Below are positions 1-11,641 of a DNA stretch of 35,796 bases, in pieces (the stretch's first letter is position 1; each line of letters opens with the position of its first letter). Location: contig NKIB01000025.1 in assembly GCA_002256025.1 (NCBI GenBank), forward strand, positions 1 to 35,796. Reading direction: 5' to 3'. This DNA comes from Asterionella formosa. Lineage: Eukaryota. A program made the position numbers and the translations under genes. Below the pieces are notes generated by a model. It was not told the DNA's origin and did no database searches. It was given only the letters and a program-made list of their open reading frames with translations.

Positions 1-889
1 ATATTTGCCATGCTGCCAGCTCGTCTGACACATATATGTTGATTGTATGATAGGGTATATAAACATTGAGCGATGGAGAACGTTTATGTATATATTTATT
101 GAATTCGAAAAGGAATCTATGTATGTATGCGCAAATTTCCAGTGATTCAAATATTTCAATTGGAATCACATTATTCAAAATTAACTCATAAAAATTCTTA
201 GTTCCAGGGAATTTCGGCAACCCTAAGCAATATTTTAATTTTTGCCTAGGGGTTCAAATGCAGGAACCTTAAGTATTTTATTAAGTTGTACGTACTGTGT
301 GGATTGAAGTACCGGTACATCATAAAATATTTTGGATAAAAACAGACCTCGCGATGTATAACTGTGCGACAAAGAACAGAATGATAAGAACGGCCTTAAG
401 TGTGGGAGAGTGAGCGATCCTGCGCACCGAGACAGATCTATATAGGGTTAGGGTTATTTCAAATATATCAGAACTCAATAATGAGAGAACTAGACGAACA
501 CCTATGTATTGTATACCTACTTTGGTGTCAACTTACGAAACGAGTTGTAGATAAGGATTAATTAACAAGCTCATATATTCAACAAATACTACTTCTAGTT
601 AGATACCGGTACTTCACCTGGTATCTGGTACTCCTACCTGGTACACTCCGTCCGTGCAGCAGCCTTCCCTGTATTTGGCCTGCCTGGCTGAATAAGGAAA
701 CAAACAAGTTACTGTATCCATATGCGACTACAGTATTGTACAAGTCTTGCCTATTATATATAAAAGTGTACTGTGTAGCAAAATAAAATATTGTTATTCC
801 CTCGCCCACTTTCTTCAACAAATTCATATCAAAATGCCAGTAGGTATCTGATTTCATTCACGAACACCTCTCATGTTCAAGCCATTACC

Positions 890-1936
890 ATGATCGTCCA
901 CCAGAAACAATACCCTCGCCGCATTGGCTCATCGGTATATGTTGCTATTGTCTCTGTCTTACTAGTAGTAGTAGTACTTTACAGCAGCACGGACAACGTC
1001 AATGAGCTGTCGCCATCGTTTAGCAGCAGCTTGCTGAAGGATTGTCGGCTGCCCACAACAACAACCACAAGAAGTAGTGGTAGTAGTAACCACAAAAGCA
1101 ATTCACAAGTATCGCCTTCCTCCATTGGGGATAAATGGTCTCAAGTTATTGATGGATTGCGTCCTGCTATGGAGCCGTACCGTAAAGCAGCAAGGAACAA
1201 GTTGGTTGCTGCCATTGACAGGGATTTGGTGTGCCAAAGTGAAGGTACTAACAAGAGCATTGACATGGGCGAGTGTGGTGATGATGACCCCTTTTCAGAT
1301 ATCGAACCCTTTGTTCCGTTGGCTCCACCACTTATCAGGAAGGGAAATGGTGAAAATGAAAAAACAATTATGGACCCAGCTCTGATGAAGAGCAAGGAGG
1401 ATTGTCTTTTGTATGCTGTTGGTATTAGTACGGATTCAGAATTTGAGCAGCTCATGGCCCCATTTTGTACCATTCATGCCTTTGATTGCACTATTACAAA
1501 AGAGGAGCCGTCAGTCAAGGATCAGGATTTCGCATTTCATCAAATATGTATTGGAGACTCCCAAGGTGCTTTGACTGGCACAACATGGGTGAAAGATAAT
1601 CGAACCCTAGTGTTTAATTCCTTGCAAGAAGTTATGAAAGATCTTGGTCATGACCAAATTGATTATTTAAAGTTTGATGTTGAGGGCTCAGAATGGACCA
1701 TGTTTGAGAGCATCCTGGAACTTCCACACCATTTACTTCCTCGCCAAATCAACTTTGAAATGCATACTGAGGGTGCTAATGAGGGCGCTGTCTCCCCTGT
1801 GCTAGTTGAAGGAAAACGAAGGAAGGCTGTCAACGAAGTTATCTTGCGGTTTCTGAATGTTGGCTATTGTATTTTGGACATGGAAAGAAATCCAAACGAT
1901 GGCAAATGTGCTGAGTTCACACTTCTTTTAATGTAG
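890..1936 (+). CDS. Membrane-anchored SAM-dependent methyltransferase, Methyltransf_22/METTL24 (FkbM-like) family, 348 aa
   Basis: First in-frame ATG is at 890 (the ORF track starts at an upstream TTG). It has a short basic N-terminus, a hydrophobic anchor SVYVAIVSVLLVVVVLYSS and an S/T-rich stem. Family motifs follow: LYAVGISTDSEFE, IHAFDCT, MKDLGHDQIDYLKFDVEGSEW and QINFEMH. Confidence 0.85.
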   Translation: MIVHQKQYPRRIGSSVYVAIVSVLLVVVVLYSSTDNVNELSPSFSSSLLKDCRLPTTTTTRSSGSSNHKSNSQVSPSSIGDKWSQVIDGLRPAMEPYRKAARNKLVAAIDRDLVCQSEGTNKSIDMGECGDDDPFSDIEPFVPLAPPLIRKGNGENEKTIMDPALMKSKEDCLLYAVGISTDSEFEQLMAPFCTIHAFDCTITKEEPSVKDQDFAFHQICIGDSQGALTGTTWVKDNRTLVFNSLQEVMKDLGHDQIDYLKFDVEGSEWTMFESILELPHHLLPRQINFEMHTEGANEGAVSPVLVEGKRRKAVNEVILRFLNVGYCILDMERNPNDGKCAEFTLLLM

Positions 1937-2104
1937 ACCAAGTAAAGATAGTAGCTGCCATGCATAATTAATAATCCTTCAAACTTGCAGTATGGCAAAG
2001 ATCATTAAAACAGTTTACCCGACCTAAATTAACTCATCAAAAAGCAAAGGTGACACTAGAAGTGCTTGAATATATAAACTTGCTGTGCCTACAAAATATT
2101 CGTC

Positions 2105-5100
2105 CTATAATCCTCGACATCCGGGACTGTGAAGCCAAAAGCTTGATGCTTTGCTAGTCAAAGTGGTCAAGGATGTTCCATCTTTTCCACATAGGCTACG
2201 CCATCTTTCATGGGTTTCAGAAATGATCTGGGTCGTTTGAGCGACTGTCTTTGGAGTATCAGATGCAAGTGCGTTTTCATCCTTGCCATCTGACGTTTTA
2301 TATCGTTTGAGCCAGTCCACCAGTTTGGCCAACGTCCCAGGCTTGATCTTTTCCAAATCTTCCATGGAATGAATTTTTGAAGCGTCCTTGTCGGTAAGGG
2401 CAATGCACAAGACTTTGTGGTCTGTTTCCCCTTCGTCAATGAGTTCGAGGGAACCCAATACACGGCAAGGAGTCACTTCTCCCATTTTTAGGGGTTCTGA
2501 TCCAAACTCCATGACATCAATTGGATCATTGTCTCCACCATTTCCAGCAGCTGACTTTACGCTGGGGTCTTCCCATGTTTGAGGAATGAGACCATAATTG
2601 AAAAAGGGGGTTCCGTACGTGTAATATCTGGGAGTGCCATCACTATTGACATCTTGGGCGATTGGATTGTTCGAGTACTCCTTGGACAGTTCCATCTTTG
2701 CCGTCATGAACATAGGTATCTCTGTGATGAAATTGATAATAGTCTCATCTGTGGACGGCCGAAGAGGAACGTCATGCCAGAAGCTGTCATAAGAAGAAGT
2801 CTTGAGACGAAACGATGTGCTTCCAAAGGCCCCTTCTGGTGTTGTGACAGTAGAAATCGACGGAACTACCCTTGGACGTGACCATGGCGTCCAACGATCT
2901 TCATTGACATGTCGATAGTAGTCTACGACACCTTCCCACCCCTTGGGTACCATGAATCCACTAGGGACACAATTGGCCTCCACTAAGTCCGTCGGAATGT
3001 TGGTAGGGCTACATGGTGTGGCCCCATTCCGCGCCAACTCACGCATCTTTGACCCGGAAATACTGATAAAGTCGCTCATACGAGATTCATCGGGAAGCTT
3101 CATGACATTATCAGTAATATCATACATAATTTTGACAAAGGATAACATTTTCATGTCCCCAATTCCAGGTGAGTTCTGCAACACATATCGACCATGGTCG
3201 CCATCATACAAATCATCGTCCGGATGAGCATCTGCTTCCATCGACCCTTTAATTCCAGCTGGATCACGTCCAACCACAAAGTAGGATGCACCGGCGCATC
3301 GACGAGACTTTGCATGGAATTCAACTTCAGTAGGTCCTGCATATACCATGGGTGCTGGCCAAATGGCCATGACAGTCGTTGCCGGGTCCAAACCCCCTGG
3401 ATGACTAAGACCCGCTTCGAGTACTTGCTCATGTTGTCTGACCCGTACATCCAAGGGCACATCATCGTCCTTGGTCCAACCTCCCAATGGTGACAACCAC
3501 AAGACAGGCTTGCTGTATCCCTTCTTTATAAGGTCTTCTCCCGCAGATCGCATCAAATAAGCGTGACCAGCATGAGTTGGGTTTCTTGTTTGAAAGGCAT
3601 AGACTGTATCTGCCCCCTTGGCTTGGAATTCTGCAAGTAGTTCTGTCGCCGTCTTGCGCCATTGATCCAAACCGTCATTATATCTAATTCTCTCCAAGAG
3701 CTCCACTTCACCTCCAATGAGAAAGTCGCCTCCACTATAAATGTGCTTGATATATGGATGTCCCGGATCAATGGCACCAAACATGCGGGTGACAATTTCT
3801 TCTTTTCGATTGGCATAAACTTCCGGATTCCGAAGGATTGCTACTGTTTGTCCCATCTGTGTGACTAGCGCTACTGCTGGAGCACCCTCAATAGCTGCCT
3901 TGGTAAACGAGGTGCATGAGAGAGTAATTGGGATGGACATACTGACACGAGTGGGTGGAGGGTGCTTTGGAAAGGTAACAAAGTTCGTTTTCGATTGTTG
4001 CCGATCGACGTTTCCCGTCAAGTTGAATGGATCGACCAAGATGCTATTGAAATGAAGTGTTTCCAACAGTGTCCCTTCTCTCATAAATCCCTTGAGAGGG
4101 GATGCCCAACCCTCACCAATAGTTTGCAACCAATTCAAGTCAATGTCGGTAATGAGTACTTTTGGTAGTGTTGCTGCTTCTGCCTTGCGTTCTTCCTTAT
4201 GCTTGTCATGTACGTGTAAATCCACCACTTCATCACCATCCGGATTTGGAAGGCCAGGTGGTGTGACCTTTGGGGCCCCCACAAGGATACCATCTCGTTC
4301 CAAAATCCTAAAGAGAATATTCGCTGATTCTTCAATTTCTAATTCATGAGTCCTGAGTGTAACTTCTGGATGAAGCGGTTCTTCGTATGGATCGTCGATA
4401 CAGGTAAAGTGTTTCAACTCTCCACTGTCTACCTTGGCGTATTGTCCCTTCGGGTCTCTCTTTTTCAGTTCGTCTACAGGTACATCCAAGAAAACTTCGT
4501 AAAATGGAATGCCCTGATCTTCGTGTCTCTTTCTAACAGCATCTCTATCGGCTCTGTAGGGACTAATCAATCCTACCAACGTGATGACCCCAGCATCTGC
4601 AAAGAGTGTCGCCAATTCTCCCGTTCGCCTGACAGATTCCGCTCGATCTCCTTCTGTAAATCCCAAATCTCTATTAAGTCCAGTCCTTAAGTTGTCTCCA
4701 TCTAGCCGATAAACATGCTTGCCATAGTGCTTGACTAGCGTGTCTTCCAGCGCAGTCGCAATGGTGGTCTTTCCTGCACCAGAACAGCCCGTCATCCACA
4801 GCGTGGCTCCCTTTTGTTGCAGCGCCGCAAAGCGTGTCTTTGGTGGCAAATGGCATGCTGCCTGAGAGCCTCCTTCGTCTGCCGCCGCGCACTCGATAAT
4901 CCGGGGTTGGGTCTGTGCCAGAGCCTTTTCTCGGAGCTTGGTCATGAGATCTGGGTCCGTGGTGGCGCACGCGTCGCAGTCAGTGGAAGCAGTCGACTTG
5001 GTCGGAACAGCAGCTTCCGGTACTTGAATTGCCTCCATGGTCGAAGTCATGTTGCTTGCCTCGGCTGGTACTGGTGATACTACTACTGCTGGCACTGCTT

Positions 5101-5455
5101 GTGGACTGGAAGATGACCGAACGTTGTGATGAGAATCCATCATGGCATCCCCATGTCCGGTTCGAGACAAGACGTAGACAATTGCCAATAGCACGCAGAC
5201 TCCCACGCACATGGGCATGCGTTCATGGACCAAACGATCCTCATCAGGCTCGGCCTTTCGACGATGTTCGTCCTAGACGAGACAACAACAACAGGACGAC
5301 TATGATGGTTAGCATTGGTTCTTTGTCAGGTGTAGCGTTTGTACCAGAAACTACGTATCAGACGTGGAAGCTGGTTTTCAGAATGTATTATAGTTGTTCA
5401 GGATTGTGTTATTGGCACTTACAATGGATAACGGTGCGTATGAGTATTTTGCCAT
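2105..5455 (-). CDS. PAPSS: Trifunctional PAPS synthase (APS kinase + ATP sulfurylase + inorganic pyrophosphatase) with N-terminal membrane anchor; exons 5455-5423 and 5272-2105, about 1066 aa
   Basis: APS kinase motifs: WMTGCSGAGKTT, LDGDNLR, LISPY, RDPKG. ATP sulfurylase motifs: EGWASPL.GFM, FQTRNPTHAGH, VGRDPAG, ISGSKMR. Pyrophosphatase motifs: YGLIPQTWEDP, DNDPIDV, IDEGETDHK. Exon 1 (MAKYSYAPLSI) ends at a GTAAGT donor at 5422. A CTAAC branch point and TAG acceptor (ending 5273) give an in-frame phase-0 join. Confidence 0.95.
5273..5422 (-). other. Spliceosomal intron of PAPSS (150 nt)
   Basis: GTAAGT donor, CTAAC branch point, T-rich tract and TAG acceptor; removal joins an ATG-initiated exon in frame to the main ORF. 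Confidence 0.85.
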
Positions 5456-5583
5456 TCCTTGGTTTGGTTACTTCCTTGCCTCGTTATGCTCTCGTATCCC
5501 TCCGTTGATCCAAAGTGTTTGGTAGAATAGTAATGCCGGGAGACTATCGGCACCGGCACTATGTATTCGTACTTTTTTACCTC

Positions 5584-5744
5584 TGACCTCGCAACAATAA
5601 TTTGTTAAGATCTGATGACCGATAATTATGTGCCGTACATATACCTGTATATAAATGGACACTGATTATAAACCCTTATGACATATATATACAGCATTAT
5701 TGCTTGACCTCGCAACAACAAATTTTTAAAGATCTGACGACCGA
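5584..5744. repeat. Imperfect ~40-bp direct repeat (5584-5622, 5705-5744) upstream of PAPSS
   Basis: tgacctcgcaacaataatttgttaagatctgatgaccga versus tgacctcgcaacaacaaatttttaaagatctgacgaccga. Confidence 0.85.
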
Positions 5745-6340
5745 GCATATTTATCACGTATTCATATGTGTACCTACCGGTATAGTCTCGGGTACCTGGT
5801 ATATAATGTAATATGTATTACGAGCTGCAGCGACTATATTGTAAGTCTCTATATACATAGTGAAGGGTGAGAACAAGTATATACCGGTACCGGCAGCATG
5901 TACAGAATATTTAAGTTTAAAGTTACATGGGTCTAGTATATGCAGTATGGTGCATACTGTACCCCAGGTCAGCATGTTATAAATATACCGGTAGGTTGTT
6001 TGAGCGTTTTGTCTAGGAATTATGTGTTTTAATGCTGTGACTGAACCCTTAGAATAATCGAACCTTTAATTTTATAGATGCTTTATTAATTAGTTTGGCC
6101 ATGTTTATTAGCCATTCATATAGGGGGGTGTACTGGCCATTCATTGCAGCCCCTTTGTTTAACTTGCTTGTAGCAATGCCATCCACAGAACTTGTGTAAT
6201 GTGTTTCAACATGAATATTTACATGGTGTGTGTGTATCTGAAGCTGTACTGTATATAACACTATATTCATCCTTTTTTGCATTTTCACTTCATCAATGTT
6301 GTTGTTGTCTTGTCTTCACCATTTTGTCCATTTTTATTCT

Positions 6341-7522
6341 TCATTTTGGTCCAAACCACTTTTCATTGTAAATTCCTCGTTTTTTTAGCATTGGAATTAT
6401 AACGTCTGCTCGGTTCACCACCAACGATCGCACCCCCGTTTGAAGGATAATGTCATACATGGCTTCATCTTCATTCCCAGCATCATGGAACAAGTACTGC
6501 CAGTCATAATTCATACCAATGGCTCCCCGGAACCACACCACACTTTCCATCCCCGCATCATGGATTCGACGGACTCGTTCTGTGGTACAACTAGAATACC
6601 GCAACACCACCTCTGTCACACCCGCATCCATGGCTTCCTCTACAAATGTGTCCAATTTTAATTTGAACAGTGCCGATGTTTTGTACAAGTGTGTTCCATC
6701 ATCTCTGAGCTGAGGACGCATCTGGCGAACTTGCTTGACTCTTGATATATCAAAGGAACAAAAGTACACTTGATCCAACATATCGCACTGTTCCACCATG
6801 GCAACAGTAGGTTCGACAGTCCCTTCGCCCTTCATTTCCACCTTGATGAGCGCCCCCGTTCCCTTAAACTCCATCAAGACTTGTTCCAGGGTTGGGATGG
6901 ATGCTTCCAATGTTCGTGATGGCGGACATGGGAATTCTTCATAGTTTGGATTGAATACCAATTGTCCTGCTTCTTCATAGGTGTAGTCTAAAATGCGCTT
7001 GTCTGGCAGCAAGCAATAGTCATCCAACTTTCCATCATCCTCAAATCCATGAAACACAATCAGAGTTCCACATTTAAGTATGTACACATCTAGTTCAAAG
7101 CCATGGGCACCATTGGCTCTACAGGCATGAAAGCCAGGCATGGTGTTTTCAAAGTACTCGAATGGCGCTCCACGATGGCCAAGAATGGTGAGGTTGGGAT
7201 GAATGGGATCAGCGCAAGGGACGTGCTGTTGCATGTGGATGTAAATGTTTATATGTGTGTGGCAGTGCATGGTAGCGCTGTGTGAGAACATGGCCAACGA
7301 GAGCTACAGTCTCTCGCATACAAAAACACACATTCCTTTGGAAGAACTCGCAAAAACCCTTACCAAGGTCTGTCGAAGGGATGAATTGATGATTGGAGGA
7401 CTGGGCATTGGCGGCTTCGGAATGTCCACGATGATTGGAGCAAGCGCAGCTTCCTCCTCGACTCCTTCTACAGCTTCTGCTGAGAGGAAAGCATCGTCTA
7501 AAGGAGATTCCAGCATGTGCAT
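6341..7522 (-). CDS. Glycerophosphodiester phosphodiesterase (GDPD family); probable exons 7522-7364 and 7225-6341
   Basis: GDPD motifs ILGHRGAP..FENTMPGF, GFELDV, LIVFHG, IPTLEQVL, IKVEMK and CSFD. A GTAAGG donor at 7363 and CAACAG acceptor ending 7226 join ORF 7304-7552 to ORF 6341-7297 in phase 0. The start could be 7522 or 7516. Confidence 0.88.
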
Positions 7523-8361
7523 AATGGCGAATGATTGGATGTTGTAGACCAACCGCTTAATCTGACTTGTTCAATCCTCGTCGCTCAGTCGATATTTTTA
7601 TGATTTTCATACCGCTACAATGTTGAGCCCAAAAAAGAAAGAAGAAACCAAGACAAGGGATGCTGGTATGTAGGAGTCATGTATATATTCATGCATGAAT
7701 AACATATAAATTTATCAATTGTACAAAGAATGTAAATGGGACAGCAATCCTCATGATTCTTGTGTCGTCGATTATTCTACGACAAAAAAACAGACAGTCG
7801 GACAAACCTGACCACCGGTACAAACACGCAACAACCCCTTCACAGTAGCCAGCCTACGTACCGTATAAACCCCGTTGCTATGTATTGTTATTATTATTTT
7901 ACACTATGTGTATGAGCAAAGTACTGTACTGCGTCATTTTCCGCTGTATCATGATATGATGTACATACCGATAATGGCTTTGTTGTTCTGTGGTGCTTCG
8001 TTGTTCGTATGCATACGTGGCCACTTCACCAGGGGCACTCCTGTATGCAACCTGACACGCAACTTACAATAAGCACTCCTCAGCAGAATCAAAATCATGG
8101 ATATTGTCAGGGCTAGGGTTAGTCATTGACTTGACTACGGTATTGGTATGCACATCAGTACATGTAATCAAATTTGGCTAATGATGAGACCCTGACAAAA
8201 TAAAGCAAAAAGTGCCTACCAGTATGAGAGTTCAATGAAACCACAAGCCCTCTTTTAAGGAACCATCCATTTGGCATTCTAATCATTTGAAGTGCATGAA
8301 TGAAACATGGGTATCATTTTGCAACATGTTTGTACTCTCTTTGCTTCACACATAGCAACGA

Positions 8362-9144
8362 CTAACTAGACGCTGCTAACTTGAGTCTAGCATCACGTTC
8401 CTTGACAGACTGTTCAAATCTTCGTCCTTGCATTCTAGAGGCTGATCGACGAATGTCGTCGACGCTTGGGATATCTCCTCCTCCATCAGGACCCAATAAA
8501 TTTCCAACGGTTCGGTATGTTTGCAAGGCAGTGGCCATCCCCTCCAATGCAACAGAACTCGCCAAAGGATCCTTTTTGGATGCGGCCTGTACCAGTTGCT
8601 TCTGAAATCGTTCAAAGTCGTTGGCACATTGAGACATTGTTTTGGTATAGGATACCTTGACATTGGTACCTCCACCGGTCAAGGACGACGTGTACAGCTT
8701 CATGGGCAATATCGTGTCATCCGCCACCTTGACAGCAAATTCACTCACAGCTGTCCAATTTTCATCTCCAATCATGAGAGCGGCTTCTGGAATGGCATCG
8801 GAACATTTCTTAATGCGTGGTAAATATCGCTTCTTATTGGTGGGATAGTAGTAGTTGCTTCGCAAGTTGGGCTCAATCGACGACTCGCTCTTTTTGGGCC
8901 CAGCAGGAATCACAACATCAGGAGGCGCCTCCTTCTGAGAGATTTTATTTGGGTCTGCCCCAAAGTCGTCTAACAGACCGGCGTTGGCAATCGAAGGAAT
9001 GCCTAATAAAAGTGCTGCTGCGCCAGTCGAAATGGAGGCGGAAACAAAGGCTCGTCGAGAGTTGCTGCCAGGAGGCGCAAGTGCCAAGGCGGCTCCTGTT
9101 CTCATCGTCAACAACGCGATGAGAGTAAGCATAAAGCGCTTCAT
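8362..9144 (-). CDS. Nucleus-encoded plastid thylakoid-lumen protein (Tat substrate) of unknown function, helical mature domain, 260 aa
   Basis: Signal peptide MKRFMLTLIALLTMRTGAALA|LAP, short transit region, twin-arginine SRRAF, hydrophobic stretch and A-N-A lumenal cleavage site. Single uninterrupted ORF. Confidence 0.75.
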   Translation of the reverse strand: MKRFMLTLIALLTMRTGAALALAPPGSNSRRAFVSASISTGAAALLLGIPSIANAGLLDDFGADPNKISQKEAPPDVVIPAGPKKSESSIEPNLRSNYYYPTNKKRYLPRIKKCSDAIPEAALMIGDENWTAVSEFAVKVADDTILPMKLYTSSLTGGGTNVKVSYTKTMSQCANDFERFQKQLVQAASKKDPLASSVALEGMATALQTYRTVGNLLGPDGGGDIPSVDDIRRSASRMQGRRFEQSVKERDARLKLAASS

Positions 9145-9850
9145 GGCGGCTGCTCAGCAGAGAGTTGCTGCGGACTGGACGAATTGAGTGCTGTGGAAAG
9201 TGACTGCGTCGAGAACGGAACTACCAGGTACTACGAAGGAAGCTGCAATTCAGAACCTGCAAAAAATGAGAGGAACTGCCAAGGCAGGGGACAGCACAAA
9301 GTTTGCACGTCAGCCTTACTACCTGGTACCAGGTACTACCGGTACCGTGCGTTCTATCGGTACCTGCTACCTGGAGTACATTGGTATACTGAACATTTTG
9401 CTAATGATCATGTCATACATAAAAATAGAATTAGCATCGTATGCTGTATGTAAATACATGATTTCTGGCACATACCGGGTATTTTGGCATACAGGTATTC
9501 CGGTACCTGGTACCTAGTACTCCCTAACAGGTACCACATACATATTATGTGTATTACAACTCCTACTGCTGATCAACTTAGAGGTACTACCTGGTACCGT
9601 AGTAAGTGCCGCGACCCCGCACCAGCCAAGGGGAACTGTATATACTGATGGAACTGTACTACCGGTAGGTACATTTCGAATGACGAGGACGTCAAAGAAT
9701 GACGTGTTCCAAACGAGTTACCGGTAATGGCACCGGTGCCAGACAACGGTACATACAAGACTACCGGTACCTGGTACCAGAAATATGTACAGCTACCGGT
9801 TCTCAATGTTGGAATTAGAAATGAGGACAGACCGGCAGTCGCATTGATAA

Positions 9851-11493
9851 GAGCATTGCCACCGCATCGACCAAATACCAAGCCAATTGAAGTTGCGAGT
9901 CATTACACGTCATGATGCGTTGTGTTGGTCGAAAAAGAAAAAATATTTTAGCCACCGCATCAACCAAGACCAAATATGCTTTGGTCTTGATCGAGGATAA
10001 CCCCCTTATCGACCAAATATCAGGAATTTGGTCGATTAGACTCCAACCGTAGCCAAATAAAAGGAGCATTTCTATTGGTTTAGATTGTGGATCACGCCGG
10101 CAACATAACATCAACTGTTTAATTGATCCACAAACGCTTACAATACACATTTACTTTACTCTCTTGATGAAGACAAATAATAAACTTAAGTACAAAAACC
10201 TTTGAATAATACCGGCAGCTATCTATAAAATGTTGTCCTTTGAGTCTTTGATGATCCCAATAAGATATCGTCATCCATTGTTGTCAAAGCAGGATGCTAC
10301 ATGAGAAGGAGCAGCAGGAGCAGTAGGAGCAGTAGGAGCAGCAGGAGCAGGAGCAGCAGCCAACGAGGATGATTCATCGTCAGTTTCAGACAAAACCAAA
10401 GTTGGATTATTTTGGCGCTGTCAAGAGCAACAATCGATAGCGATGTGCGAGTTTCGTCAAGGCAGCGTTGTTCCTCGTGTACTGTGATGTGTCATTGTTG
10501 GCAGACTGCTGCATATCCCTGGCTAGTATCGATATCTTCTTCCCTTGCATGCCATGGGTATATTGCTGTGTAACAGTTTACTGTGTCAATGGTTGATTAA
10601 TCAGCCGAAGAATTTAAAAAATGTATCCAAGAGAGTTGTGCCATTTAACGAAGGGTTTCACGCCAATAAAGGCAATGTCGTTTAATAGAACAAAATGAAG
10701 GAGGGATTAGGTGTGATCCAAGTGCATCTCAATAATTCAAGTGCTTCCAGTACTCCACTGTCCCACCTGTCATCCACCACTGATGATTTTGATGTAGTAG
10801 ATGATTCCAAATGAAGGAAAAATAATATAGATTAAATGTCAATGCTAGTATGATTCATTAGAAAGCTAGGCTATCACTCTAGCAAATTGGAAAAACGGAA
10901 GGTTTTTCTATTCTAGAATACCAATATACAAATGCATAGTCATATTAGTTTTTGAAGGGCAGTTTAGATAGGCGTAGTACTCGCTGCGTAAGAATAAGGA
11001 ATTTACAGGAAACATGGTGCTACAATTATTCAAAAAACTACAGGTACAGACTACCGGTAGCTAAGCGACTTCCTTTGATCCTCCGTCTCCTCCTTCGGTT
11101 GCCTTTTCTCGTTTTCTTCCTGTATATGTTTAACTGGTATGTACGGAACTGTAGGAGCGGTCGTCATCTGATGAGTCGCTATCGTTGATCATTTCATCAG
11201 GCAGATATGGATGAGTACCCTGGTATGCAACAACCACAAACCACGCAGTGCATCCCATCATTTTCTTAATCGGGCTTATTAATATTACGATACACATGTA
11301 ATAACATTCTAGTGCTATTTCTATTTGCTAAAAGTTTCGGCGCGAGATTTGACTATTCTAGGATTTGGTCGATGCGGCGGGAAAAAATATGAAAAATTCG
11401 ACTATTGATAAAAAATTTCTCAACCAAGTGACGTGTATTGATATTTTCAACTGCAATTGGCTTTGGTATTTGGTCGATGCTGTGGCGAAGCTC
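9851..11493. mobile_element. Non-autonomous DNA transposon with long terminal inverted repeats (PIF/Harbinger-like)
   Basis: Left end gagcattgccaccgcatcgaccaaatacca-agccaattgaagttg matches the reverse complement of the right end, gagcttcgccacagcatcgaccaaataccaaagccaattgcagttg. Subterminal (c)gaccaaat repeats occur at both ends. Flanks are TAA (9848-9850) and CAA (11494-11496), a near 3-bp target-site duplication. No intact ORF inside. Confidence 0.8.
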
Positions 11494-11641
11494 CAACACC
11501 CAACCCACACGAAATTGATGCAATTCTTTTCCTATTAGCGGTACCGTTGCCTATTTCTTAGCGTAACACAAATATAGACACATACGTGCTTTTTGTGTCT
11601 GTGTATCATATTTCATTGTGTGCGTCACATCTAAAAAATTA

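Noticed and set aside
791..889. TTG-initiated N-terminal extension of the methyltransferase
   Set aside because: In a eukaryotic context the first ATG at 890 gives a sensible membrane-anchor N-terminus.
2167..5210. Many short overlapping ORFs within PAPSS (likewise within the myosin, GDPD and lumen-protein genes)
   Set aside because: They are alternative-frame or antisense shadows of real CDSs with no motifs of their own.
5244..5315. Short ATG ORF with a hydrophobic stretch (MLTIIVVLLLLSR) upstream of the PAPSS ORF
   Set aside because: It overlaps the branch point and T-rich tract of the intron, is out of frame and stops after 23 codons.
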